Positions 55,651 to 64,000 of a stretch of DNA of 64,000 nucleotides are shown piece after piece (positions within the stretch are counted from its first letter, which is position 1; each line of letters starts with the position of its first letter). The stretch is from contig JAQXDW010000095.1 in assembly GCA_029251165.1 (NCBI GenBank), positions 4,423 through 68,422 on the forward strand, written 5' to 3'. The stretch comes from Myxococcota bacterium. GTDB lineage: Bacteria > Myxococcota_A > UBA796. The notes below the pieces were generated by a model. That model had not been told where the DNA came from. It saw only the letters and a list, made by a program, of their open reading frames with translations, and made no database searches. Both the position numbers and the translations under genes were made by a program.

Positions 55651-57627
55651 ATGCACTTGTTTGTCTTGTTGATGGTGCTCGCATGCGACACCACAGACAC
55701 TGTCGTTGAGGGCGGCAGCCTGTCGACAGCAGATGCAGACGGTGACGGCTACACCGAGGGCACCGGAGACTGCGACGACTCCAGCGCCGCGCTCTCGCCC
55801 AGCGCCATCGAGGTCTGCGACGGCATCGACAATGACTGCGACGGCGAAATCGATGAGGGCGCGACCCAGACCCTCTACGCAGACCGTGACGACGACGGCT
55901 ACGGCGACCCCGACGACACCGTAGAGGTCTGCAGCCAGCTGTCTGGCTACGTCATCATCGGGACCGACTGCGACGACACCACCTCCGATGTCTATCCTGG
56001 CGGCCTGGAGGTCTGCGACGAGCGCGACAACGACTGCAACGGGGTGGTCGATGAGGGCGTCGGCAGCGTCTACTATGCCGATCCAGATGCCGACGGTGCC
56101 GGGGATCCCCAGTCCACCATCATCGCCTGCCAGCCGCCCGCTGGCTACGTCATCAACGACACCGACTGCGACAGCGCCGACGGCAGCGTCTCGCCCAACG
56201 CCGTCGAGCTGTGCGATGACATCGACAATGACTGCGACGGGGAGACCGACGAAGACGACGCCGCAGACGCGGCCACCTGGTACGCCGATGCCGACTCCGA
56301 TGACCACGGAGATCCGAACACCACCCTCGTCTCTTGCGCGGCGGACATCGGCTACATCGACGTCGCTGGAGACTGCGACGACTCCGATGACGACAGCTAC
56401 CCCGGCGGCGAGGAGGTCTGCGACGGGGCGGACAACGACTGCGACGGAGAGACCGACGAGGCCTCCGCGACCGACGCAGAGACGTACTACGCCGACAGCG
56501 ACAGCGACGGCTACGGCACCGACGCCTACACCACCGCTGCCTGCGAGCCGCCCGCTGGCTATGTCGAGAACACCGACGACTGCGACGACACCGATGCCGC
56601 CACCAGCCCGGACGGCGAGGAGGTCTGCGACGGAGCGGACAACGACTGCAACGGGGACATCGATGATGGCGTGATGATCCCGTGGTACCTCGACTACGAC
56701 GGCGATGGTTACGGCGATCCAGACGCCGAGGTCTCAGCCTGCGAGGCGCCCAGCGGGCTGTACCTCGCGGACGCTGGAGACTGCGACGACCTCAACGACG
56801 CGATCAACCCCGACGCCGCCACGGTCTGCGACGACGCCGACAACAACTGCGACGGCAACATCGACAGCGACGACGACGGCGACGGCTACTCCGATCTCCT
56901 CTGCGGCGGAACCGACTGCGACGACACCGACGCCTCGGTCCTCCCCGAGGTCGGCGGCGGCTGCCCGATGGGCCTCTCTTGCAAGGACATCCTCGATGCC
57001 GGCCTCTCCAGCGGCGACGACGTCTACATGATCGACATCGACGGCTACGGCGAGGGCCTGGACTCCTGGGAGGTCTACTGCGACATGACCACCGATGATG
57101 GAGGCTGGACGCTGCTGGGCAAGACGGTGAAGTCCGGGCTGTCCACCACCGAGCGAACCACCATCACCGGCGGAGACTGGCAGGCCTACAGCAGCGACGG
57201 CTACGGCGATCCAGAGACGTCGTCCAGGCTCTTCTGGCTGCCCCTGGAGCAGTGGTATGAGCTGACCGCGCTGTTCCCAGACAACGTCCTGTGGATCGCG
57301 GACTCCGACATCGATCTGCAGATGCAGAACGTCTCCGTCAGCGACGAGGGAAACGACTTCGAGATCGACTGGGACGGTGCGGTCGCTGGCTACAACGAGA
57401 TCCTCTCTGGGGACATCCGCGGCCTGCCGTTTACGACCCATGACGAGGACAACGATGGCTGGGTGTCGGGCAACTGCGCGAGCGGCTACGTCGGCGACAA
57501 CGGCGGCTTCTGGTACGACAACTGCTACGAGAGCAGCATGCTGCACGCCGACGGCAACATCTACTCCTGGGCGGAGGATGCCGCGACCTCAGTCAGCAGC
57601 ATGTACCTGTACTTCCGCGAAGACTGA
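55651..57627 (+). CDS. Lipoprotein with MopE-like Asp/Cys repeats and C-terminal fibrinogen-related domain
   Basis: AGGAGG RBS, LMVLAC; repeated Y.D.D.DGYG...C...GY....DCDD...P...EVCDG.DNDC.G; SCKDIL, VYCDMTTDDGGWTL, FTTHDEDND...NCA...GGFWYDNC. Confidence 0.88.
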   Translation: MHLFVLLMVLACDTTDTVVEGGSLSTADADGDGYTEGTGDCDDSSAALSPSAIEVCDGIDNDCDGEIDEGATQTLYADRDDDGYGDPDDTVEVCSQLSGYVIIGTDCDDTTSDVYPGGLEVCDERDNDCNGVVDEGVGSVYYADPDADGAGDPQSTIIACQPPAGYVINDTDCDSADGSVSPNAVELCDDIDNDCDGETDEDDAADAATWYADADSDDHGDPNTTLVSCAADIGYIDVAGDCDDSDDDSYPGGEEVCDGADNDCDGETDEASATDAETYYADSDSDGYGTDAYTTAACEPPAGYVENTDDCDDTDAATSPDGEEVCDGADNDCNGDIDDGVMIPWYLDYDGDGYGDPDAEVSACEAPSGLYLADAGDCDDLNDAINPDAATVCDDADNNCDGNIDSDDDGDGYSDLLCGGTDCDDTDASVLPEVGGGCPMGLSCKDILDAGLSSGDDVYMIDIDGYGEGLDSWEVYCDMTTDDGGWTLLGKTVKSGLSTTERTTITGGDWQAYSSDGYGDPETSSRLFWLPLEQWYELTALFPDNVLWIADSDIDLQMQNVSVSDEGNDFEIDWDGAVAGYNEILSGDIRGLPFTTHDEDNDGWVSGNCASGYVGDNGGFWYDNCYESSMLHADGNIYSWAEDAATSVSSMYLYFRED

Positions 57628-57639
57628 GCCGCCGGGCGT

Positions 57640-58728
57640 CTACCTTCTTGCCTGTGCCTCCCAGTGCTTCCGAGCCTCTGCCTCCAGCGGCAGGTCCGCC
57701 AGCAGCACCCTGACCGCTTCCCAGGGCTGCACCGGGATGCGGGTGACCGGCTCTCGGGTGCGACGGAGGATGGCCTCGAACAGGGCGGCCGCAGCGATGA
57801 TCGGCGCCGTCTCCATCAAGCCCGGCAGGATGCGAACCTCAAAGGTGCACTTCTCGGGGGTGTCTCGGACGAGGTTGAGGAGGTTGAAGTCGCAGTACTT
57901 GCTCAGCTTCACCGTGCGCAGTCGCTGGCGTGCCATGGACCAGGGCAGGCGGGTGAAGTCGTCGGCCTCGGTGCAGGTCCGCAGCGCATCGGGCCAGCTC
58001 CCCAGCCGAACACAGCGGGGGTTCGTGCCCACCAGGCGCTTGAGCACGTCTCCCCAGGCCTCCAGCAGCCGCACGAGGTTGCGCAGGACGGTGGCGGACT
58101 TCAGCGCAGCACCGTCGAAGTGGATGTGGGTGGCGGACTCTGCGGGCAGGGTGAAGCCGAGGCGGGCTGCGGGCTGGAGGAGGGTCGCGAGGCGGCGCGT
58201 GTGGTCGGCGTCGATGGGAGGGGTGATCAGCTCGCAGGGGCGGTGGCGCTCTCCGGGCAGCGGCGCGGCGATGGCCACGGAGGCTCCGGTCTCGTCGAGG
58301 ACCCGCAGCATGCCACCCGCCCCCTCCTGAAGCGGCACCCCAAACAGCGCCGCGAGGCCCTCAACGGCTCCTCGGATGCCGGCATCTGCCCTGCCGTGGC
58401 GCTGGGCGAGCCGCAGCAGCCGCAGGTCATCGCTGACCACCCGGAACCACCCAGGCTCGGGGGCGTGGCTGCGATCGAGGTCTGCCTGGAGGGTGAGATC
58501 ATCGACGCAGCGGGCGATGAGGTTGCCGTCGACATCGTGTGCGGCGAACGCGAGGGTGAGGTTGTGGAAGGAGGGCAGTCCGGAGACCTGGCTGGGCTCA
58601 GACTGGGGAAGAAAGTACGGGCGCACCTCGCCAGCGGGTCCGGCGAGGTGCGCGGCGAGGTCTCGTCGGCTGCGTGTCGGCGGGGCCATCAGCTCCACCT
58701 CGACTCCGACTCTCCAGCGAATCTCCAT
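57640..58728 (-). CDS. Amidoligase-family (COOH-NH2 ligase) protein
   Basis: VGVEVEL, CELITPPI, ATHIHFD, KY..FNL, TFEVRI. Confidence 0.75.
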   Translation of the reverse strand: MEIRWRVGVEVELMAPPTRSRRDLAAHLAGPAGEVRPYFLPQSEPSQVSGLPSFHNLTLAFAAHDVDGNLIARCVDDLTLQADLDRSHAPEPGWFRVVSDDLRLLRLAQRHGRADAGIRGAVEGLAALFGVPLQEGAGGMLRVLDETGASVAIAAPLPGERHRPCELITPPIDADHTRRLATLLQPAARLGFTLPAESATHIHFDGAALKSATVLRNLVRLLEAWGDVLKRLVGTNPRCVRLGSWPDALRTCTEADDFTRLPWSMARQRLRTVKLSKYCDFNLLNLVRDTPEKCTFEVRILPGLMETAPIIAAAALFEAILRRTREPVTRIPVQPWEAVRVLLADLPLEAEARKHWEAQARR

Positions 58729-58815
58729 GCCTGCCTCCGGTCACCCCATATGCTCCTGCACCCAAGCCGTCCGCTGGATCGGCGTGCCCATCCCAGGGCA
58801 CCACAGGCCCCGTCG

Positions 58816-59793
58816 TCACGGAAGCGATCCCGGCGGCGCTGGCTGCGGGGAGCGCGCGCTGAGGCGCTGCGAGAGCTCCGCAGAGAGCACCTCTGCCAGA
58901 ACGCGCTGGCCGTCGGCGTTGAGGTGACAGCACGGATCCAGCCGCAGGGCCTCGTGGTCGTGGGCGGTCAGCGCGGCGGCGACATCGAGGGTGGTCATCC
59001 CGCGCCGCGCGGCCTCGTCGCGGAAGAGGGCGTAGCCAGGCGGTGGGCGTGCGGCCGTCTCTGCAAACGACTGAGACAGCGGCGGCATCATCGGCAGGAT
59101 GACCGCGGCGTCACCGACGAGCGCGGCGAGGCGGTCCAGCGCGGGGCCTGAGAAGTCACTCCAGAGGCTGGAGCCGGTCTGACGGCTCGGGGCCTCGACG
59201 GCCTGAGTGAGGACTGCAAACCGATACAATGCAGATCCTGCGAACAATGTTCGGTTTAGCCCGGCGGGCAGGCCAAAGGAATCGGGGACGCCGCCTTCGT
59301 CTACAGCGAGCGTGCCGAAGTTGTAGGCCGTCTGACCGACCATCGAGAAGTGGTTGGGGCTGTTCTGCCAGATCTCCCAGATCACCACCGACGGAGAGAG
59401 GTCTGGCAGGACGTGGTGGGCAGCGGCCGCCTGGGTGGAGAAGCCTGAGGCGGGCTGGGCGAGGTTGACCACGCAGCCATCGACCGTCTGGGCGAGGTGG
59501 GCACCGAGGGTGTCAGGGTAGTCCAGCTGCACCCCGAACAGGATCGAGCTGCCGAGGATGACCACCTCCGCTCGGCCTCGCTCTGCCACACAGTCTGTCT
59601 GCTCTCTCGCTCCCCGGCTGTGGCTGCGCCAGGAGATCTCCCCGTCGAGCACGGTCAGCTCGGCCTGGCTCGATGAGACCGACTGGACCCTCGGGGTCGG
59701 CTGGCTGCGCAGCACCCCCTCCGCGACCATCAGGCTCACCCCCAGCGAGGCGATGCTCAGCAGTGCTCCCCAGCCTCGCTGTTGGTTGGACAT
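58816..59793 (-). CDS. SGNH/GDSL-like membrane-anchored hydrolase/acyltransferase
   Basis: N-terminal TM + AEGVLR; ILGSSILFG, VNLAQPASG, DPCCHLNADG (DxxH). Confidence 0.7.
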   Translation of the reverse strand: MSNQQRGWGALLSIASLGVSLMVAEGVLRSQPTPRVQSVSSSQAELTVLDGEISWRSHSRGAREQTDCVAERGRAEVVILGSSILFGVQLDYPDTLGAHLAQTVDGCVVNLAQPASGFSTQAAAAHHVLPDLSPSVVIWEIWQNSPNHFSMVGQTAYNFGTLAVDEGGVPDSFGLPAGLNRTLFAGSALYRFAVLTQAVEAPSRQTGSSLWSDFSGPALDRLAALVGDAAVILPMMPPLSQSFAETAARPPPGYALFRDEAARRGMTTLDVAAALTAHDHEALRLDPCCHLNADGQRVLAEVLSAELSQRLSARSPQPAPPGSLP

Positions 59794-59938
59794 TGTCGCA
59801 GCCTACCGCAGCGAGGGGGGACCGATGCCACCGCAGCACCGAGGCGGACGCCGTGCACGGCATTTTTCGGGGTAGGGAGTTCCAGTATCATCTGGTGGTG
59901 GTTGTTTTCTCCCGACGTACCCGGCAGGAGCGCGGCTG

Positions 59939-61048
59939 ATGGTTGCCCTCTTTTTGACCATTGCGCATGCCGAAGAGCCCCGCGATCCCCTCAGCTGGTA
60001 TGCCCTGCCGACCATCGACTACAGCAGCGACTTTGGCCTCGGCGGCGGCTTGGCCAGTGGGCTGTACTTCGAGCGTCCCGACATGGCGCCCTACAAGGCT
60101 GCCGTCGAGCTGGATCTCTATGCGACCACGAAGCGTGTCCAGGAGCACTCGCTGTGGTTTGAGGTTCTCCAGCTCGCCGAGCAGCCGCTGCGGCTTCAGG
60201 CTGAGGTGGGCTTCCTCGCGACCGTCAGCGACAACTACTGCGGCGTCGCTGGTGAGCCGGACTGCACCACGACAGCAGGAGACCGCAACCTGCTCCGCTA
60301 CTCGGCACCCACCGCACGCGTCGCTGCGCTCTGGAGTCCCCTGGAGCGGGCGGGGGTGATGGCTGGGCTTGAGGGGGCGGTGTACCGGCCCGGTGTGTTC
60401 AATGTGACCACGCCGTACCCCGACAGCCTGTACGCCGAGGCCTTCCCCGATGGCGAGCAGGGCCGCTACACCGCTGCGATGGTTGGCCTGCTGACCGACT
60501 CTCGGGATGATGAGATCAACCCCACCCGTGGACTGCGGGCCGATGCCTCTGTGCGCGGGGGTGGCGGGGTGATCGGCAGCGCGTGGACGAGCCTCGGCCT
60601 CAACGCCTCTGGGATCGGCTTTGCCCCCATCACCCCCCACCTGACCGCCGCGACCCGTCTTGTCTTCGACGCGATCTGGGGCGAGGTGCCCACTCCGCAG
60701 CTCGGTCAATTTGGCGGCTGGTCCGGCGGTCAGGGGATGGGCGGTGACATGGGGCGTGGGATCCGCTCGCGGCGCTACATTGGTCGCAGGAAGGCGCTGG
60801 GTCAGCAGGAGCTTCGCTGGATGCCGCTGACGGTCGACATCGCAAGGACCGCGGTCACCCTCGGCGGGGTTGGCTTCTTCGACGCCGGACACGTCTCGGA
60901 CACCGACGCCGCAGTCACGGCCTGGGGAACAGGTGCCGGAATTCGGGTCGACATCGGCGGAGACTTCTTGATGCGCTACGACCTGGGGCTCAGTCCGGTC
61001 GAGGGCTGGCAGCCCTACAGCTACATCGACTTTGGGCATGCATTTTGA
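59939..61048 (+). CDS. Omp85/BamA-TamA-like surface-antigen beta-barrel (no POTRA domains)
   Basis: LPTIDYSSDFGLGGG, DSRDDEINPTRG, ELRW, FFDAGHV, GAGIR, terminal FGHAF. Confidence 0.8.
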   Translation: MVALFLTIAHAEEPRDPLSWYALPTIDYSSDFGLGGGLASGLYFERPDMAPYKAAVELDLYATTKRVQEHSLWFEVLQLAEQPLRLQAEVGFLATVSDNYCGVAGEPDCTTTAGDRNLLRYSAPTARVAALWSPLERAGVMAGLEGAVYRPGVFNVTTPYPDSLYAEAFPDGEQGRYTAAMVGLLTDSRDDEINPTRGLRADASVRGGGGVIGSAWTSLGLNASGIGFAPITPHLTAATRLVFDAIWGEVPTPQLGQFGGWSGGQGMGGDMGRGIRSRRYIGRRKALGQQELRWMPLTVDIARTAVTLGGVGFFDAGHVSDTDAAVTAWGTGAGIRVDIGGDFLMRYDLGLSPVEGWQPYSYIDFGHAF

Positions 61049-61569
61049 TGTCCGCGCCTCCTCAAGTCGCGTCGATGAGCAGACCTTGGAGGACGGCTCT
61101 CGGAGTCTGTCCGGCGGGCTGGGGCTCGGCGCGGACGGTGTCCTGCTCGGACGGCTCGGAGCAGGGATCGAGCATCGTGCTGACGGCGTCAGCAGCCAGC
61201 TTCAGGGGCCGCTCGACGCGCTCACGGCCCTCTCCGGCAACGCCACGCTCGGTCCAGATGGCAGCCAGACCCGCCTCTTCCTGGAGCACGGGCTCGACGA
61301 GGCGCTTCAGCAGCAGCTGTGGATGGAGCACTCCCAGAGCGGGGGAGCGTCGGCGCTGAGCCTCGGCGGCGAGATGCGCCGGAGCGTCGATGGCGTCAAC
61401 AGCTACATCAACGGCAAGTACAACGAGGATCAGACCTGGGTGGCTGCGGCTGGCATCTCTTCGGGGGAAGAAAAAGACCAGGTCTTCCTGGTTCCTGGAG
61501 GGCTTCGCCGGGCAAGGCATCGACAGCACGATTGACCGCGGGGCGCGGGCTGGCTTTCGCATTCGCTGG
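61038..61569 (+). pseudogene. Probable frameshifted remnant of a beta-strand-rich gene
   Basis: The frame ending ...GISSGEEKDQV continues plausibly in another frame as SWFLEGFAGQG...AGFRIRW after a one-base shift near 61485; no signal peptide. Confidence 0.35.
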
Positions 61570-61652
61570 TCGCCGGCTCAGCGACGGGCTGGCCTGCGAC
61601 GGACTGGCTGTGTCGGTAGCCTCAGCGGGCTGGCTGTGCCGGTCGTCTGGGC

Positions 61653-62315
61653 TCAGTCGTACTCAAACACCGGCTCTTCGTATTCCTGGATGTACTCATC
61701 CGGCACGAAGCTGGTTTCTTCGAAGCCCTCGTCGTCGCTGATCTCAGCGTCTGGATCCCAGACGTCGTCGTTGTCGTCGAGGACAACCTCAGGCTCTTCA
61801 GGAGCGGGCGGACGCTCGAAGCCGCTGTTGACCCATTCCTGTGCCGAGTCGATGGTCAGCTTGAAGCGGGGGTCGGTCTCGCAGCGGGCGACCTCGTGTC
61901 CGAAGGCGTCCTTTGCGGTGAGGACCCCCTGGGTCTCGTAGTCTCCCCGGTCGAGGTCAAAGTCGACGCTCAGCTTCTCGCCCTCTTCGGTGTAGATCGT
62001 CAGGACGTTTCGATCAGCGGTGCGGATCTGGTACTTCGATCGCGCGAGAAACTCCGTGGCAGACTTCACCCAGGTGTTGAAGGCGTGCTTTGAGAGGGGC
62101 TTGGGATCGACCTTGTTTCGGCCCATGGTCCATGGCGCCATGTACGCGGGCTCGGCATCGCCGTCGCGCGTCATGGTGATCGCCCAGCCGTCGCCATCTT
62201 CACGCTTGATGATGTTGGCGGTCCAGCCACGGTCTTTCCAGACCCAGACGATCTCCTTCTTGACCTTGAGCTTTTTCTTCTTCGGTAGCTTTTTCTTCTT
62301 CGGAGCCCTTGCCAT
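61653..62315 (-). CDS. Hypothetical protein with Lys-rich N-terminus and acidic C-terminus
   Basis: GGAG RBS; strongly GC3-biased; PWTMGRNKVDPKPL core. Confidence 0.75.
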   Translation of the reverse strand: MARAPKKKKLPKKKKLKVKKEIVWVWKDRGWTANIIKREDGDGWAITMTRDGDAEPAYMAPWTMGRNKVDPKPLSKHAFNTWVKSATEFLARSKYQIRTADRNVLTIYTEEGEKLSVDFDLDRGDYETQGVLTAKDAFGHEVARCETDPRFKLTIDSAQEWVNSGFERPPAPEEPEVVLDDNDDVWDPDAEISDDEGFEETSFVPDEYIQEYEEPVFEYD

Positions 62316-62367
62316 GATCCGTTCTCCCTGCTCCCTTCATGTATCTGGGCAGAAGTGATCAAAGCGG

Positions 62368-63231
62368 TCATAAAATGGCATTCAGTACAGATCGGTAGTT
62401 CGCTCGATTTAGCGGTGCGATCCAGCCGAGGGTGTCTCCCCAGGTCCAGGTCACCTGCTCCTCGGAGAGCTCCAGGATTCCCCAGCAGCGGCGCTGGAGG
62501 TGGCCCCGTCGAAACGCAAGGTGGTCCAGGCCGATGAGGGTGCTCCCGCCGGGGCCGGTGACGGCATCAAGGGCGATGTGGTGGTGGCCGAACAGGTGGA
62601 CCCTCGGGCGGATGCGCTCGCAGAGCTGGGTGAGGAGCTGCGAGCCCGAAGACAGCCCAGGAATTCTGGGGCCGGCGTGGGTGAGCAGCACAGCAGGAGT
62701 GGTGTCGATGAAGGTGGTGTTGATCAGCCTACGGGGCACCAGACGTGGGTCGCTGGCGGCGGTCTTCTTGTGGGCGATGCTCCCTCGTCCGCCCCGCTCA
62801 CGGCGGGGAGCCATGCCGCCCATTGCACCGATCCGGACCCCGGCGAGGGTGTACTGCTGGCCATCGGGAAGGAAGACGAGGCGGCCCCATGGATCGACCG
62901 CAGTCGGCCTCTGGAATCTGCTGAGGTAGTCGAAGTCTTCGTGGTTTCCGCGCATCCAGATGACCGGCCAGCCGTCGCCTCCGAGCAGCTCCGCGCCCTC
63001 TCTGCAGCCTCGAAGATACTGCGAGAAGCCCAGCTCGTCGGCATCGCGGGCAGCGCATCGGCGGGTGGCGTCGTCGAGTCGGGAGGGGTCGGGGTAGGCC
63101 CCCATGTCTCCGACCTGCAGCACCCCATCGAGCCTCCGGCCGGTCTCTCGCTCCCAGGCCCGGCTGAGCATGAGCATGAGCGTGAGCCGGCCATGGATGT
63201 CACCGAACACCGCGAATGTCTTCTTGTTCAT
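62368..63231 (-). CDS. Calcineurin-like metallophosphoesterase
   Basis: GDIHG, QVGD, RGNHE, LLTH, FGHHH motifs. Confidence 0.88.
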   Translation of the reverse strand: MNKKTFAVFGDIHGRLTLMLMLSRAWERETGRRLDGVLQVGDMGAYPDPSRLDDATRRCAARDADELGFSQYLRGCREGAELLGGDGWPVIWMRGNHEDFDYLSRFQRPTAVDPWGRLVFLPDGQQYTLAGVRIGAMGGMAPRRERGGRGSIAHKKTAASDPRLVPRRLINTTFIDTTPAVLLTHAGPRIPGLSSGSQLLTQLCERIRPRVHLFGHHHIALDAVTGPGGSTLIGLDHLAFRRGHLQRRCWGILELSEEQVTWTWGDTLGWIAPLNRANYRSVLNAIL

Positions 63232-63341
63232 GGTTGATCTTTGCCGGACCAGATCTAAAGTTCAGACCGGTCATGGGGTTTTCTTTGAACGTCGGATCGG
63301 CCAATTCGCTGCGCGGGCAGGAGAGACGAAGGGGAGCCTTG

Positions 63342-64000
63342 ATGGCACGGTGGATCGACGCGGTGATGTCGTGGCTGAAGTGGCCAGTCGCAGCCTGGGT
63401 TCTGCTCAGCGTACCCCAGCTTGCGCTGGCAGACCTCGACCTGATCCGGCGCAGCCTGAGGACCGCGCTTGCACCGTTCTGGCTTGGGATGGCGGGCTAC
63501 CTGGTGGTCTGGTGGCTCCTGCTTCGCCGTCAGATCTGGGGTCAGTTCCTCGCAACGCTCCTCCACGAGCTTACCCACGGCCTGTTCGCGCTGCTGACGC
63601 TCCATCGGGTTGTGTCTCTGAAGGCCACCTGGTCCAGCGGCGGCGAGATCCAATACACCGGCTCGGGCAACTGGCTGATCACGATCGCGCCGTACTTCTT
63701 CCCGCTCGCGATGCTGACAGCGGTGCCGATTCTGGTGGTGCTCCAGCCTGATGAGACGATCCGGCTGGCGCTGATCGGGGTGGTGTTTGGGTTCGAGAGC
63801 GCTGCGATGTGGCGGCAGGTTCACTGGGGACAGCCGGACCTACAGAAGGTGGGGGCCGTGTTCACGGTGGTCTTCCTGCCCGGGGCGCTGCTGTGGACGT
63901 ATGGAATGGTCCTCGCGCTCATTCTGGGCGGGGACTCCGGGATGGTGAGCTTTGTCTCCGACAACTGGTCATCGCACTGGAGACAGGTGTGGTCGCTGGG
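63342..64000 (+). CDS. M50-like membrane metallopeptidase (runs off the window; missing from the ORF track)
   Basis: Own translation from ATG 63342: MARWIDAVMSWLKWP...TLLHELTHGLFALLT...GGEIQY...NWLITIAPYFFP; HExxH motif; GGAG RBS. Confidence 0.8.
   Translation, partial: MARWIDAVMSWLKWPVAAWVLLSVPQLALADLDLIRRSLRTALAPFWLGMAGYLVVWWLLLRRQIWGQFLATLLHELTHGLFALLTLHRVVSLKATWSSGGEIQYTGSGNWLITIAPYFFPLAMLTAVPILVVLQPDETIRLALIGVVFGFESAAMWRQVHWGQPDLQKVGAVFTVVFLPGALLWTYGMVLALILGGDSGMVSFVSDNWSSHWRQVWSL

Noticed and set aside
63342-64000. M50-like peptidase as the site-2 protease for the anti-sigma factors
   Set aside because: Distant from both modules, truncated by the window edge, and not recognisably RseP-type.

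Overview
GC-rich, gene-dense chromosomal window. The gene content (MYXO-CTERM-like tail, OmpA/TSP3 protein, AgmX/GltG-like protein, Asp/Cys-rich 'MopE-like' repeats) suggests a Myxococcota-like bacterium; this is inference. It holds a menaquinone operon (polyprenyl synthase, GbsR/MarR regulator, aroE, menG, menF, menD, menA), nucleotide-sugar enzymes, several GT-C-type membrane proteins, many exported or lipoprotein genes, and prfC. I saw no rRNA, tRNA, CRISPR array or transposase. Most notable: (1) a lipoprotein gene (51004-50522, minus strand) with an in-frame Cys-TGA followed by a SECIS-like GGUC hairpin, a candidate new selenoprotein; (2) two independent ECF sigma / membrane anti-sigma / exported caspase-fold protease operons, one C14 caspase-like and one TPR-CHAT; (3) a TraA/TraB-like surface receptor pair with a lamin-tail domain; (4) a tandem palindromic operator over the men promoter; (5) a Mesh1/SpoT-like HD-fold protein with HD replaced by HP; (6) repeated signs of leaderless promoters, including an overlapping bidirectional one. 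All family calls come from motif recognition, not database searches.
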